Positions 36,493 through 49,898 of a stretch of DNA of 64,000 nt are shown piece after piece. The translations under genes and the position numbers were made by a program. How positions within the stretch are numbered: the first letter of the stretch is position 1; every line of letters begins with the position of its first letter. Source of the stretch: Octopus vulgaris (Eukaryota); NCBI GenBank assembly GCA_951406725.2, contig OX597822.1:17050001-17114000 (forward strand), written 5' to 3'. Under the pieces are notes generated by a model. The model was not told where the DNA came from and made no database searches. It saw only the letters and a program-made list of their open reading frames with translations.

Positions 36493-36870
36493 TTCTTTTA
36501 TTCTTTTACTTGTTTCAGTCATTTGACTGTGGCCAAGCTGGAGCACTGCCTTTAGTCGAGCAAATTGACTCCAGGACTTATTCTTTGTAAGCCGAGTACT
36601 TATTCCATTGGTCTCTTTTGTCGAACTGCTAAGTTACAGGGATGAAAGCACACCAACATCAGTTGTCAAACGATGGTGTGGGGACAAACAGAGATACACA
36701 AACATACATGCATACACACACACATTTGATGGGCTTCTTTCAGTTTCCATCTACCAAATCCACTCACAAGGCTTTGGTCAAACCAAGGCTATAGTAGAAG
36801 CCACTTGCGCAAGGTGTGACTGAACCCAGAACCATGTGGTTGGGAAGCAAGCTTCTTACCACACAGCCAC
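36493..36870 (-). mobile_element. SINE family A
   Basis: Near full-length match to 50766..51149. Confidence 0.85.
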
Positions 36871-37429
36871 AGAGAGAGTGAGAGAGACAGAGAAAGAGAT
36901 AGATAGATAGATACATACATACATAGACAAACAGACAGACAGATAGACTGATATATAGAGCAAAGCATTTCATGTTATGTTGCCACAGTCTACTCGGCTG
37001 TGACTGAGTACCAGTCTACTGTTGATGCCTCACCTTCCAGTTACCACTTCCTGATGTTCTGTTGAATCATGAGTCAGAGGGCCAAAAAAGTGTCTACATC
37101 TACCTGAAAATACTTTTAAAACAATTTGTGCAAATATGGTGTATCTTCCCAGATCATGGAAGGGTTGCCTGTTATGCAACAGGTGGGATTTGATGGGGAT
37201 TTAACAGCTATTTCTAGTTAGGCAAAGAGTGGTTCCTTGCAGTGGTGGTTGGAAATGAGTTTTAGAAGTTAAGGTAAATTAAGACTGGACTAATTATAAT
37301 ATTAATTGAGCTGAAGAAGATGACATCATCATTCATCATTTAACGTCCGCTTTCCATGCTAGCATGGGTTGGACGATTTGACTGAGGTCTGGTGAACCAG
37401 ACACCGATCTGATCTGGCAGAGCTTCTAC

Positions 37430-37596
37430 AAAGATTTCATCATTTGTTCTTTGTGCCATTACCAACTTTTCCTGCAAATTTCATCAAATACCGTTTGCAA
37501 CTTTTTGAGTTATTTTGCACACAGATGGACAGACAGAGGGACAGATTGACAAACCAACACCGATGAAAACATAACCTCCTTCCTTCGTGGAGGTAA
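37430..37596 (+). mobile_element. Helentron-associated (HINE-like) non-autonomous element end
   Basis: aaatttcatcaaat...actttttgagttatt..(GACA)n..gatgaaaacataACCTCCttccttcgtGGAGGTaat: microsatellite plus terminal hairpin architecture. Confidence 0.5.
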
Positions 37597-37599
37597 TAA

Positions 37600-38031
37600 T
37601 AATTCAAACAGATCAGATGCTACAGCACAACAGACTGGTGGTCAGCAAGATGCACAACATGTGCTATATAGTCAATGTTGCATACCCCTCTAACCCACAA
37701 ATAGTTAAGAAGGATGGTGAAAAGATAGATATGACCCTCTTAAGTATGAAATAGCCTGGTTATGGAAAATGAAGAAGGTGAAGATAGTGCCAATAACTGT
37801 TGGGTCCTTGGGAAGAGTATCAGAAGGCATCAAGAGGAATATGAAGGAAATTGGAATAGAGTGCCCAGTAGAACTGTTACAAAAGGTTGGCCTCCTTGAC
37901 GTGGTCAGAATAATTAGGAAAGTATTTGATAGCTGAAAAGAATGGATAGCATGGTACCATAGGCTGCAGGTAGCAAACCCATTACACATGCAAAACTCCA
38001 GGAGCTCCAACAAAACCTGTGATAAAGAGAA

Positions 38032-38035
<4 letters not shown>
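37600..38035 (+). mobile_element. R4/Dong-like 3' end running into (TAA)n
   Basis: VNVAYPS...KIDMTL/RYDPLKYEIAWLWKMKKVKIVPITVGSLG; paralog of 5775..6300. Confidence 0.8.
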
Positions 38036-38065
<30 letters not shown>

Positions 38066-38066
<1 letters not shown>

Positions 38067-38450
38067 TCCTTTCTACTATAGATACAAGGCCTGGAATTTG
38101 GAGGGAGGGGGATAGTTGATCACATCGACCCCAGTACTGAACTAGTACTTAATTTATTGACACCCTGCCACCAAAGGATGACAGGCAAAGTCAACCTTGG
38201 TGGAATTTGAACTCAGAAGTATCACCAAGCATTTCGCCTGGTGTGCTAACGATTCTGCCAGCTTGCCACCATAATCTAAATAATAATAGTAATTAAAAGA
38301 AGAATAGTAAAAATAATCCTTTCTGTTATAGGGCACAGGGCCCGAAATTTGGGGGAGGGGGAGAGCCAAGTACATCGACCCCCAGCACTCAACTGGTACC
38401 AAAAAGAAGAAAAGCAAAGACAACCATGCCAGAATTTGAGCTCAGAACAT
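38066..38450 (-). mobile_element. Two adjacent SINE family C copies
   Basis: cctttctactatagatacaaggcc...ctgccagcttgccacc and cctttctgttatagggcacagggcccgaaattt... Confidence 0.7.
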
Positions 38451-38515
38451 GAAGACAGGGATCATGCTGCCCTTCATTGTGGCCCCAACCCCTTTCTGTT
38501 GCTTGCACTTTACAG

Positions 38516-38585
38516 TTCACACCATGAAGAGCCAGAGAACATAGAAAAAGTGGCAACTCAGAATCTCTCAACCAGCAGCAAGAAG
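38516..38585 (+). CDS. Candidate internal exon (70 nt), unknown gene
   Basis: Pyrimidine tract + tttacag acceptor; AAG|gtatca donor (weak); single open frame SHHEEPENIEKVATQNLSTSSKK. Confidence 0.2.
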
Positions 38586-39635
38586 GTATCATCACTTATT
38601 GATTATAGAGAATTGATCTTTTTGAGTTTAATGCAAGGTTTTTTCCATCAACAGATAATTTCCTCCAGCCAGTTTTTATCAATAACATAACAAAAAAAAA
38701 AAAAATAGAAAGAAAAGAATAACAACAAAAAAAACTTGTGAATGAAATATTATAAATTGTTTAGAAAATTATAGCATATTGCAGTTCACCACTTTTCTGT
38801 GTAGTGTATCAGAGCTGGCTTTGTGTCATCACTTCTACATAAAAACAAACTTTAATCTCTCGTCTCTTCTTCATCTATTATACTCTTGTAGTCCTTTATC
38901 AATTTTCCAGAGCATTGTTGCTCTTGTTGTTGTTGCTGCTTTTGTTAATGTTAATATAGAAGACAATGCATTTAAAAAGTCCTTTTTTTTTTCTGAATGA
39001 ATGAATTAAAATTTGGTTGCTGTAGTGTTTGTTGTCCAAGAATTACCAGAGAAAAGCGAAAAACAAATGAAGCCATTTCTAAATTATCAATTACAATATT
39101 AGTTCTTCAAGATTGGGGGAGAAGAAAAAAAAAAGGAAGAAGAAGAGATTTTTAAGACTTAAGATGATGGAGCAAACAAAAATGTTTTGTTGACATTGGT
39201 ACAGGACAATCAGAAAGTTGGTGGAGAGAAGCCAGTCATGCCAATCCAGGTTGAACTCAAATATTTGCAAAGTTTAAAAGAAGAAAAAAAACTGCATAAA
39301 TAGATTTTATCTTTTATCTTGTATCTTTTACTTGCTTCAATTACAGGTCGGTGGCCATGCTGGAGCATCACATATTGAATGATTCAGTCAAAGTGACCCC
39401 AGTACCTTTGTTTTTTTTTAAAGTCTGGTATTTATTTTAACAGTTTCTTCTGCCAAACTGCTAAGTCCCAGGGAATAAACATGGATCAGCATGAGTTGTC
39501 AAGTGGAAAACACAAGTACACTCAAATCTGTGTGTGTGTGTGTTATTAATTCAAACAAATGGAGGAATAGAAGAAATGAAGTTGAAAATGCACAGAGAAT
39601 ATATTAAAATTTAATTATTTTTTTTTTTTAAATGT

Positions 39636-39890
39636 GGAGGCGTGTGGCTTAGTGGTTAGGGTGTCAGCGTCATGATCATAAAATTGTGGTTTCGATTCCT
39701 GGACCAGGCGACGCGTTGTGTTCTTGAGCAAAACACTTCATTTCACGTTGTTCCAGTTCACTCAGCTGGCAAAAATAAGTAAAGCTGTGATAGACTGGTG
39801 TCCCGTCCAGCTGGGGAACACATACAAGATTGAAACCAGGAAACCAGACCCATGAGCCTAGCTAGGCTTTAAAAGGGCACATTTATTTAT
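39636..39890 (+). mobile_element. SINE family B
   Basis: ggcgtgtggcttagtggttagg...gtttcgattcc...gttgtgttcttgagcaaaacacttcatttcacgttg. Confidence 0.8.
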
Positions 39891-40690
39891 TATATATTTT
39901 AAAATATAGGAATACACTTAACCGGTTTCACATTAGATTTTCAAACGTCTATAGCATATAAATATATGGATTAAATCTGTCCCCAGGAGCGGTCCATAGT
40001 GGAATTTGAACCTAGAACACAAAGACTGAGAACAATACCACAAGCCACCTTGCTTGATGCTCCAACACTTTCACTAATCTTTTTTTTTCATTTTATTGAC
40101 CCCTGAAAGGATGAAAGACAAAGTTGACCTCAGTGGGATTTGAACTCACAGGGCAGAAAACTAGGATCAAATATCTTAGTCTTATGAACGTGGTACTCCA
40201 GCATGGCCTTAGCTGTGATGGCTAAAACTAACTAAAGCACTAATGAAACTGCTTGGTCTCAGAACATGTAAACATCTCAGTAGAAGTTTAATGGATTTTG
40301 AGATGAATGTGTGACTCGGTAGGTAAGAAGCACAGTTTGCAATCCCATGGCCCCAGGTTCAGTTACAGCATAGGTCAATTTGGGCAAGTGTCCCTCTTTC
40401 CTGTAGCATCAAACTGTTCAATGGATTGTAAAATTTGACAGAAACTGTTGAGAGGTCTGTCATGAATGTGTGTGTGTGTGTTTGCAGCTGCTGAGGTATT
40501 CGCTTATGTTTTGCAGTTTGGTAGTTCAGCATCAAAAGACCAGCGGAATAAAGGACTTCACTCAAGAACAAGTAGAGTCTGGAATAAAAAAGAGCATCTG
40601 GCCATGGCGGAGTGCCCCGAGAAATTTTGTCCATCTCCAGAATGGAAAAAGGATGAAATGTTGAAGATGACACTTTATGCACACACACAC

Positions 40691-40721
<31 letters not shown>

Positions 40722-42614
40722 TCGTATTTTGAACAGAATCAACATTCAGTCATTAAATAATGAGGAATTAAAGAAAAACAAAATAATCAAAATATTGACA
40801 TTTATTGTAAGCAGAATATTGATTCCATAAGTTTCTATTGAAACCAAAAGTTTTGCCTTTATTTTGCTGTCATCCTTATTAGATCCAGACTGGTCGTGCA
40901 ATTAATTCTGCTTCCTGACTCTATGGTTTTGGCTTCAGTTCCACTCCATGGCACCTTGAGCAAGAGTCTTCTAATACGGCCTTGGACCAACCAAGACCTT
41001 ATGAATGGTTCTGGTAGACAGAAACTGAAAGAAGCCTGTCATATGTGAGTGTGTGCGTGTATATATACATGTGTTGTGTGTGTGTATGTGTGTTTGTTTG
41101 AACGTCCTTATGTTGACATTGTGTGATAGTTGTGTCACCATCGTAATACAACTGGTGCCGTTCATATCCAGCCTTCCATGAAAACAATTTGACCAAAGGG
41201 TAACTTGATCGTCATCGTCATCATGACCGTCATCATCTGCCCTCTTTCCATGCAAGCATCATAGACCAAGTCATCTCTTATCATCCTGAGGTACTGCTCT
41301 CTCGTATGGTCTTCCCATTTTTCTACAGCTCAATGTTCTACATAAATACCAATCTCTTTACAGATAGCATTTTAGCACAATGCCTGCAATAGAAAAGTAG
41401 TCATGTTTTTGATTTGAAAAAATAGAGTATTTTTTACTTTGTCTCCATTTATACATCAAGCACAAGAAAGAGTCGACTGGCAACCTTCTATCATGGAACG
41501 AACTTCAGGGAGGTTGTCTTGTCCTCTTTAAGACTAAATAATCTTCTTTACTTCACATTATCTCAGTCGTTTCAAAGTAGATAAGGCCAAGAGTGTAACA
41601 ACAAATGCAAAACAGTTCCTATCCAACGGTTGAGACTATGTTGCAGTAGCTGTAACCGAATCTAAATCCTGATAAAGCTCATCCTGCTAACCAGTGTGAA
41701 CCCTGAAGAGTTAATAAGCAGGAATGGTGGCATTCTGACTACTTGGTCAAATTTAATTCTTATTTATTCACATTGTTTAGAATTAATCATAAAAATTTTG
41801 TAGCTTCAAGAATTTAAGGATGTGGTTGTTTATGTTTAGAACAATGTTGAAGGGTAGTTTGAACTTATGTGAAATATTTGAGCCAGAGATGATCAGTTTA
41901 AATGCTGCTACATGAGACCTTTTCTTAAATTCCCTGATCCAGCAGCAGCCTCTGGATCAGGGAGCTGATCTAGGAGCTAAACGACAACAACACGATGGGA
42001 CATTCACAGTTCAAACACCTTTGATCACTGATCAGTTTGATCAAATTGGGGCTGGGTCTTAAACAAAAGCACCTGCAACAATTGGAACAACATCAACAGC
42101 ATATAACTTGTGAAATAAATAATTTCCTTTAATAACTCAGTATTTCACATCCATGGCACAATAACTTCAACCAACGAAATATGGCTCTCAAAAACAAAAA
42201 GAAAGAAAATAATATCAATTATGTTTTGTTATTTTTTTCTCTTTATTATTTTTTCTTTTGTTTTGTTTTGCAACATGTTCTATTTTTTATTTTTTGTGCT
42301 TCATCTTTTAAAATTTTATTTTATTGTTTTATTATTCCAGCATGAATGTCAGTCATGAACTATTTCTTTTATGGAATAAAAGAGCCACACTTTACTTAAC
42401 AACGCAACACAAATAATTCTTGTTCTGGAAAAAAAAATATAATAATAATAATAATAATAATGATATTCTTATAAAGCTGCAAACAAACTTCAAAACGAAA
42501 ATAAAACAAAAAATAACTGTTACATATATATGTATAAATGGGTGTGTATATATGTATACATATATATATTTATGTATGTATATACATATACATATGCGTG
42601 TGTGTGTGTGTATG

Positions 42615-42650
<36 letters not shown>

Positions 42651-44064
42651 TATATATATAAATGTGTGTGTGTGTATATATATATATGCATGAATGTGTG
42701 CATGTATATTTATGTATACACACACATGCACTCACATGTAATGAACCAAAAAAATTTTCAAAAAAACGATTAAGCCCCAAAATCTATAAACTAATTAAAT
42801 GCTAAAGAATACGAGATATGACTTAAGAAGTGAGAGAATTAGTTTTGTATTGAACCCCCTCCCCCTACTGTCACTTTTCTTTTTAAATCCACAATAATAA
42901 TAATTAACATCCTATTTCAACAAAAATACAATGTGAGGGCAGAAAGGAAACACAGGACAAAACAGAAATTCCGTTTAATTCTTTAAATGCCAAAGACTAT
43001 GAAAGAGAATGCAGATACTAGAGCTGGGTTTTGTGTGTGTGTGTGTGTGCATGTGTGTGTGTGTGCATGTGTGTGTGTGTGTGTGTGTGTGTGCATTACT
43101 TGAATTACTTCCAAGGTAAATCCCATATTGTTTTGGGTACACTGAATGAAATATATATAACAAGTGAAGAAGATAAAGCTGTTATGTTCTGGCAGAAATT
43201 TTAACAAAGACCTTTCTTTCGTTTTCTTTCTCTATTTTCGTGAGGGACCACATTGTCTGATATCTTCTCCATAACAGTTCAATGAATTCTACTTCTATCT
43301 TTTATTTTGTTTTGGTGTAAGGTTATTTTTTTTTTCTTCTCTGGTGTGGATGAAGATTCTTGCTTTATCACAGGACTTAGAAAAATAAGGAACTTCAACT
43401 TTTGAAATAAAGTTCCCCCAAAATTTAAACTTTTATATATCTACCTTTCACACATAATAATCTCTTCATTTCTGATCAAAAAGAATGTAAAAACAAGAAA
43501 CAAAAATAAAAATAATAACAATAACAATGATGATGATGATGATGATGATAATGATAATAACTGAAAGATCAAATTAAAAAGAAATCATTAATTATGATTC
43601 CACCTTGAAGAAGGGAAACATTTTCCAATGTTTATAAGATGCAATAATAACAACACTAATGCATTGAAATAGATGACAAAAGCAGTGAGTTTTCTACAAA
43701 TAATATTGTTGATAATAATTATTATTATTATCTATAATTATAATAATTATTTCAAAGGTTTGAGGATTCTTTGACTTTTCAGCCATAATGTAGCTGGAGT
43801 TTAACGAACCTTTTAAAAGCTGTGGAATTTTTAATCTACTTTTAATCAACTTTTAATTTTTTTTTTGTATCTCTGAGACCACTGGATGGTTTAAGGGCTG
43901 TGGATTTATCTGAGCCATAATTAACCTCAGCTCCATTTCTAAGTCATCATCATCATCTTTACTGCATTTATTTAATGATAATGTGAGGAATTTAATCTAG
44001 AGAAATCAAAGCCTAAATTGAAGTGGGCAGCATTATATTTGTGGATAAAAAAAAATATATAGTT

Positions 44065-44750
44065 GCAGACATGTCTGTGGGATTAAGAAAGTCATTTAGA
44101 AATCATGTGGCATTCAGTTCAATCCTACTGCATGGTACCTTGGGTAAGTGTCATCTAATATACCAATAGGCTGACCAAAGCCTTGAGAGTTAATTTGGTA
44201 GACAGAAACTGTGTAGGAGCCTTTTGTGTATATATATAAAGATAAATGCTCATGCAGCACCATGCAAAAGCGCTCGTGCAGTGCCACATAGAAGCACTCG
44301 TGCAGTGCCATGTAAAAGCACTCGTGCAGTGCCACATATAAGTGCTTATGCAGTAAAAGCACCCAGCACACTCTGTAAGCAGTTGGTGAGAGGAAGGGCA
44401 ACCCAATGTAGAAACCATGTGAAATCAGATTGGAACCTGGTGTAGCTCCCCAGCTTGCTAGTTCTGGTCAAATCGTCCGACTCATTCCAGCATGGGCAAC
44501 GGACATTAAGTGATGATGAAGATGATGATGATGATGTATTTGTGCTGGTGCTTGTTTTTGCACACAACTTGACAACTGGTGTTTGTTTGTTTATGTCCTA
44601 GTAACTCAGTGGTTCAGCAAAACAGAATGATAGAGTAAGTACCAGACTTAAAATAATGAATAAGTACCAGGGTCAATTTGACTAAAACCCTCCAGCATGG
44701 TGCTCCAGCATGGCCACAGTCCGATAACTGAAACAAGTAAAGGATAAAAG
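44065..44750 (+). mobile_element. SINE family A interrupted by an RTE 3'-end insertion (~44255..44536, with 24-bp tandem units and (GAT)n tail)
   Basis: SINE head 44065-44225 and tail 44540-44750; insert has aagcactcgtgcagtgccac x3, ggaagggca and ggacattaagtgatgatga. Confidence 0.7.
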
Positions 44751-46029
44751 GTAAACATAACCACAACCAATGCTTTGGGATTGTATGCAGTGTGTGTGTA
44801 TGAGTGTGTGTGTGTGTGTGTGTGTGCATGTGTATGTATTGTGTAAATGTGCATGCGGGTGTGTGTGCATGCGGGTGTGTGTGCATGCGGGTGTGTGTGT
44901 ATGCGGGTGTGTTTGTGTGCATGTGTGTGTTGTGAAATGTGTGTGTGTGCTGTGTATATGTGTGTGTGTGCATGTGTGTAAGCACGCATGTATGTGTGTG
45001 AATGTTTACATTTGTGTTACTCAGAAAGCAAGGACTAGCAACTGAAGGGCCCATTTGGTTGTAAATTCAGTCTGTTAGCAAAATGTGTATTTGTCTAACC
45101 CATGCAAACATAAGAAATACAAAAGGACATAAAAATTAAGAACTGGACAAACAATGAATCTGTGAAAAAGAGGATTTCCTGAAGATAATGTCCTGGTAAT
45201 ATCTAATGCTTGATGTATTCACTCAGTTGCTTGTTTCTATGAAATGCTGTATGGACATACATGTATATATACATAATAGAAAGGATATCATCGTTTGGGT
45301 CAGACAAGAAAGCGTGTGTGCCATTATAGACATCAGGTGCCCCACTTACATGAGCACCTCTTTGAAAATCAAGAAGAGGATAACTATGAACAACTGTTTC
45401 AAAACCTCGAGTTTCTGTACTCAGATGAAAAAAAAAAATCCCATTTTTATCAGTAATAATTCATTTCGTTTTGTGAGTAAATGTTTAAGAGACAATTTGG
45501 ATAAGCTGGGGTTTCGTAGATTGCAATTCTGATGTCTGCCAGTAGTTTTTGGCACGTTGGATGCAGAGTTCATGGTTTTGAGTTTTGTTCCACTGTCTGT
45601 CATTTTGAGTGTCTTCTACAATAGCCATTGGCTGACCAATGCCATGTGAATGGAACTATTAAATAGAAACTGTAAGAAAGCTCATCAGGATGGTGATGCC
45701 ATGCTTATGTTTCCTGTCAACAATTCATGGAAAAACAAAAATAAAATAAACAATTGAACGACTACTGAATTGCTGCAAACTAAAAAGCTTAGAAGAAGAA
45801 AGGACATTCAACTATAGAACAACACTGCCTAGGTATACCTGTCCAACTTAAACCAGTATGGGAAAGTGGGTGTCAAATGATACTAATAAGGGTGACATTT
45901 TTTTTATCTGGGGAAGGACAGACAATGCCCATGACCCTCTATTATGTGTCTTCCAAGATGGTGCGTGTGTGGTGGGTTGGGAGAGAGAGAATGTACCCTC
46001 AAAGTGGGGACTTGTTTCAAACCAGGATC

Positions 46030-46340
46030 TATACACCCCCATCTATACACTCTTTGTAGTGGTGTGATGGTTTGCATGCCTCACTGACCCTCATTGCTTA
46101 TGCCTGTGGAGTGCAAGGCTTTGGGTAGCATCCACCTCGCATGCTGGACAGGTCAAAGAAGAGTGGCCAGACTAATATGGACCACCTCTTCCCATGGGTC
46201 AAAATGGGTTTGTGTTGGGCCAATACCCTTAACCAGAGAGACATTGATGATAATTCAAAAGCAACAGAATGTAGAAAAGTCATCGACGACCCTTGCCGAA
46301 TGGGCAGAGCAAAGCGCTTTAGGAAGGCAAAGGGAAGTAG
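46030..46340 (+). mobile_element. Probable RTE 5'-UTR relic
   Basis: ttgtagtggtgtgatggtttgcatgcctcactgacc...tatgcc...catgctggacaggtcaaagaagagtggccagactaa resembles RTE 5' ends (recalled, not aligned). Confidence 0.4.
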
Positions 46341-46669
46341 AGAGTCTTCTAATAAAAGAATGTCTGTGATTATATTAGGTTGGTTTCAGAAAAGATATAT
46401 GTACCTCTAGTTGTAAGTGACGAGTGACATTATACAACCTAATAAAATGGATTCCTGAAATTTCGCTACAAACACTGAGATTCACATTGGATATAAGTAA
46501 ATATGGAAGGTAAAAATATTTTTAAAGACTTCATGGAACACACTCTGAGGAGTGTGGTGGTGGTGCTTTTTTTGTAAAAATTATAGAAATTATATGTTTG
46601 TTGAGTTTCGATAGTTTGGTATCTTCAGATGAGTTTATATGTTCATGTGAGTTGGTATGAGCTAATGCA

Positions 46670-46872
46670 ACATGGTGCTGGTACCATGTAAAAAGTACCT
46701 AGTGCACTCTGTAAAATGGTTGGCATTGGGAAGAGCATCCAACTGTAAAAACCATGACAAGACAAACAATAGAACCTGCTGTGGCTCTCCAGCCTTGCCA
46801 GCTCTTGTCAAACCATCCAACTCCTGCTGGCACTGAATAGAGACATTCAGTGATGAGGATGACGATGATATG
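46670..46872 (+). mobile_element. RTE 3'-end fragment with (GAT)n tail
   Basis: ggtaccatgtaaaaagtacc..cactctgtaaaatggttggcattgggaagagcatccaactgtaaaaac. Confidence 0.65.
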
Positions 46873-47049
46873 AGGAATTTGATGTTTTAGGGTTGTCCCT
46901 TCATACGGAAGAGGAAAAATGCTAAAGAGCATGTATATCTTTCTCAGATGAAGGGACAAGTTCCAAAATGTCAAACTCTTCTCATCCTCATGGTGTCATG
47001 TCTTTTTCAAACTCCTAAATTTCATTGCATTGCATTTTGTGTAATTATT

Positions 47050-47870
47050 TAATCCTTTATGACAAAAACCTGAAATGTATTAAAAACGCCACATTTCTGG
47101 GAAACAGTGAAAACTCAGGTGTTTCTCCTGAGGACAAAACAATCAACCACATAACTAAAGCTATGAATGCTTTGAGCAAATTTCCTCATTAGCTGTGGGT
47201 TGAACGAGGAACCTCATTAGAAATGAAAATTAACATCTACCAAGTGGTAGTTCTTCCTACTCTCCAAGTATGGATTGGAATCTGGGTGCCCCATCAATCG
47301 CATATCAACCAGTTTGATAAGCAATGGCTTTGGATCATTTGGGAATACAGCTTGAACGACAGTCTTTGAAATATTGACCTATTCTCTAAATGTAACATTG
47401 GTGATCGGAATTGAATTCTTTCTTTTGTAAACTCTATTAAGATGGATTGGTGATGTCATTGGAATAAGTGACAACAGAATTCCAAAAGTCCTTCTGTATA
47501 AACCAACTTCATGATGGAAGGAGAAGCATAGGGAGACCATGAATTAGGTTGGAGGCTAAGCTTAAAGCTAATCTGAGACTGATAAAAACACCGTCAGAAA
47601 CATTAGAAAAAACTACATTGAATCTCAGTGAATGGTGGTTAACATGCCATGAAACTCGAAGAAACTATGAACGAAGTTACCTGGATCATATTACAGAGCT
47701 GAGAGCAAAGATGGTCTTAATGAAACACATTAGCTGCTTTGTATAACTACCTTCGTTTGTGAATCTTTGGCTAGATTAAAATCTCATAAGGAACTTGGAC
47801 ATCAAGAATAAGGCTATTGGTCCTTCATACATAGAAATCAGCGAGAGAAACCATCATCATCATCATCATA
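47050..47870 (+). mobile_element. Old RTE/BovB-like LINE 3' region, degenerate
   Basis: IYQVVVLPTL, RIPKVLLY, GRRSIGRP..LEAKLKANL; (CAT)n tail. Confidence 0.65.
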
Positions 47871-47968
47871 TACATATATATTCACATTTATTTAAACGAT
47901 GAACCTGTGCCAGCATGGAATGGAAGACAAATGTCAAATGATGTCGATGATGATGATATGTATATATA

Positions 47969-48192
47969 TTCTTTTATTCTTTTAGCTGTTTCAGTCATTT
48001 GACTACAGCCATGCTAGAGCATTGCCTTTTAGCTGAACTAACTGACCCCTAGGACTTCTTTGTAAGCCTGGTACTTATTCTATCGGTCTCTTTTGCTGAA
48101 CTGCTAAGTTACGGGGATATAAACACACTAACATCAGTTGTCAAGTGATGGTGGAGGGACAAGCAGACACAAAGACACACCAATATATACAG

Positions 48193-48228
<36 letters not shown>

Positions 48229-48895
48229 TATATATATACAGTATATATATTATATATATACAGTATATATATATATATATATATAAAACGGGAAGCTTTA
48301 TGAAAATAGACAAAAGACGAAGGCAGGTTTATGGAAATAAACAAAAGACGAAGGCAGGTGGAATACAAACAAACAATTGTATTAGTATGGCACTCAGGAA
48401 ATATAAATAAAACAAGTCTTTAATGTTTCGAGTGGTTAGGGCATTCAGCTCATGATCGTAAGGTTGTGAGTGGCACATTGTGTCCTTGAGCAAGACACTT
48501 TATTTCACATTACTCCAGTCCACTCAGCTGGCAAAAATGAGTAGTACCTGTATTTCAAAGGGCCAGCCTTGTCACACTCTGTGTCATGCTGATTCTCCCT
48601 GAGAGCTATATTAAGGGTACACGTGTCTGTGGAGTGCTCAGCCACTTGCATGTTAATTTCACGAGCAAGCTGTTCCGTTGTTCCTATCAGCTGGGACCTT
48701 CATCGTCGCAACCGACGGAGTGTTCCTACACATATATATATACATGACGGACTTCTTTCAGCTTCCGTCTACCAAATCTACACACAAGGTTTTGGTCAGC
48801 CTGAGGCCATAGAAGACACTTGCCCAAGGTGCCACACAGTGGGACTGAACTCAGACCCATGTGGTTGGAAAGCAAGCTTCTTACCACACAGCCAT
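47969..48895 (-). mobile_element. SINE family A split by nested insertions: (TA)n, pLTR-like repeat 48290..48432, SINE B 48431..48725 (+)
   Basis: SINE A tail 47969-48180 and head 48740-48895 are collinear around the inserts. Confidence 0.75.
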
Positions 48896-49125
48896 ATATT
48901 TGTTCATTTCATGGTGATTTCCCCTGCTGCTGCCATGGGTTAGGTGAATAGATTACAATGGCATTGTTTTACATCCAGACACCTTTCCTGTGGCTAAATT
49001 GTGTACCAGATCAAAAATCTAATCAATAAATTCTGCTATCTTCAATTCTCATCTTCCATCCTGTTCTACTTTATAATTTCTTTCTGAAGAACACAAAATA
49101 TTTATGAATCCTGCCATTAAAAATC

Positions 49126-49500
49126 ATGGCTGTGTGGTCAAGAATCTTTCTTTGCAACCATTTGGTTTCAGGTTCAGTCCCACTGTACGATAACTTGGGC
49201 AAGTGTCTTCTACCATAACCCCAGAACAACTAATGCTTTGTAGGTGTATTTGGGATGTGGAAACTGTGAGGAAACCCATTATGTATATAGGTGTGTGTGT
49301 GTTGGTCCCTACTGCTACTGTTTCAATTGGTGCTTGTTTACATTCTCTCTAACTTGAAAGGTTTGGCAAAAGAAGTTGAAAGACTAAGTAACAGAGTGAA
49401 AAGCTAAGCCCTGGGGTTGATTTGTTTGTCTAAACCCTTTAAGGGGTGCTGCACCAGCATTGCCACAGTCCAATGATTGGAAAAAGTGAAAAATAAAAGT
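49126..49500 (+). mobile_element. SINE family A, older copy
   Basis: atggctgtgtggtcaag...ggttcagtcccactg...ttgggcaagtgtcttctac...ccagcattgccacagtc. Confidence 0.7.
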
Positions 49501-49863
49501 TATTCTTAGAAAACACCAATTTTAGAATTAATGAACTTCAGAAATCCACAAGACTAAACAACGGTTAAGAGACTAATTTACTTCAGGAGTGGTGGCAATA
49601 ATTTTTCTTGAATTCTACCAATTCCTCGACAAATTAGTAAAATGAAGAATTTTCTAGAGTAATGTATCCTGTACACAGATTCAAAGGAGGGTTTTGTAGT
49701 TGATAGGAGCTGAGAGTTCAACATTTCACCAATTGGTCGTATCATCTGCACTATCTTTTGTTTCTTTTTTATGAGAGAGGGAGAGAGAGAGAGAGAGGGA
49801 CACACACACATGGAGAAAGAGAGAGAGAGACACACACAGGGAAAGAGAGAGACACACACACAC

Positions 49864-49898
<35 letters not shown>

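Noticed and set aside
44268-44350. CRISPR-like array
   Set aside because: Head-to-tail 24-bp units without unique spacers, part of the RTE 3' UTR; eukaryotic context.
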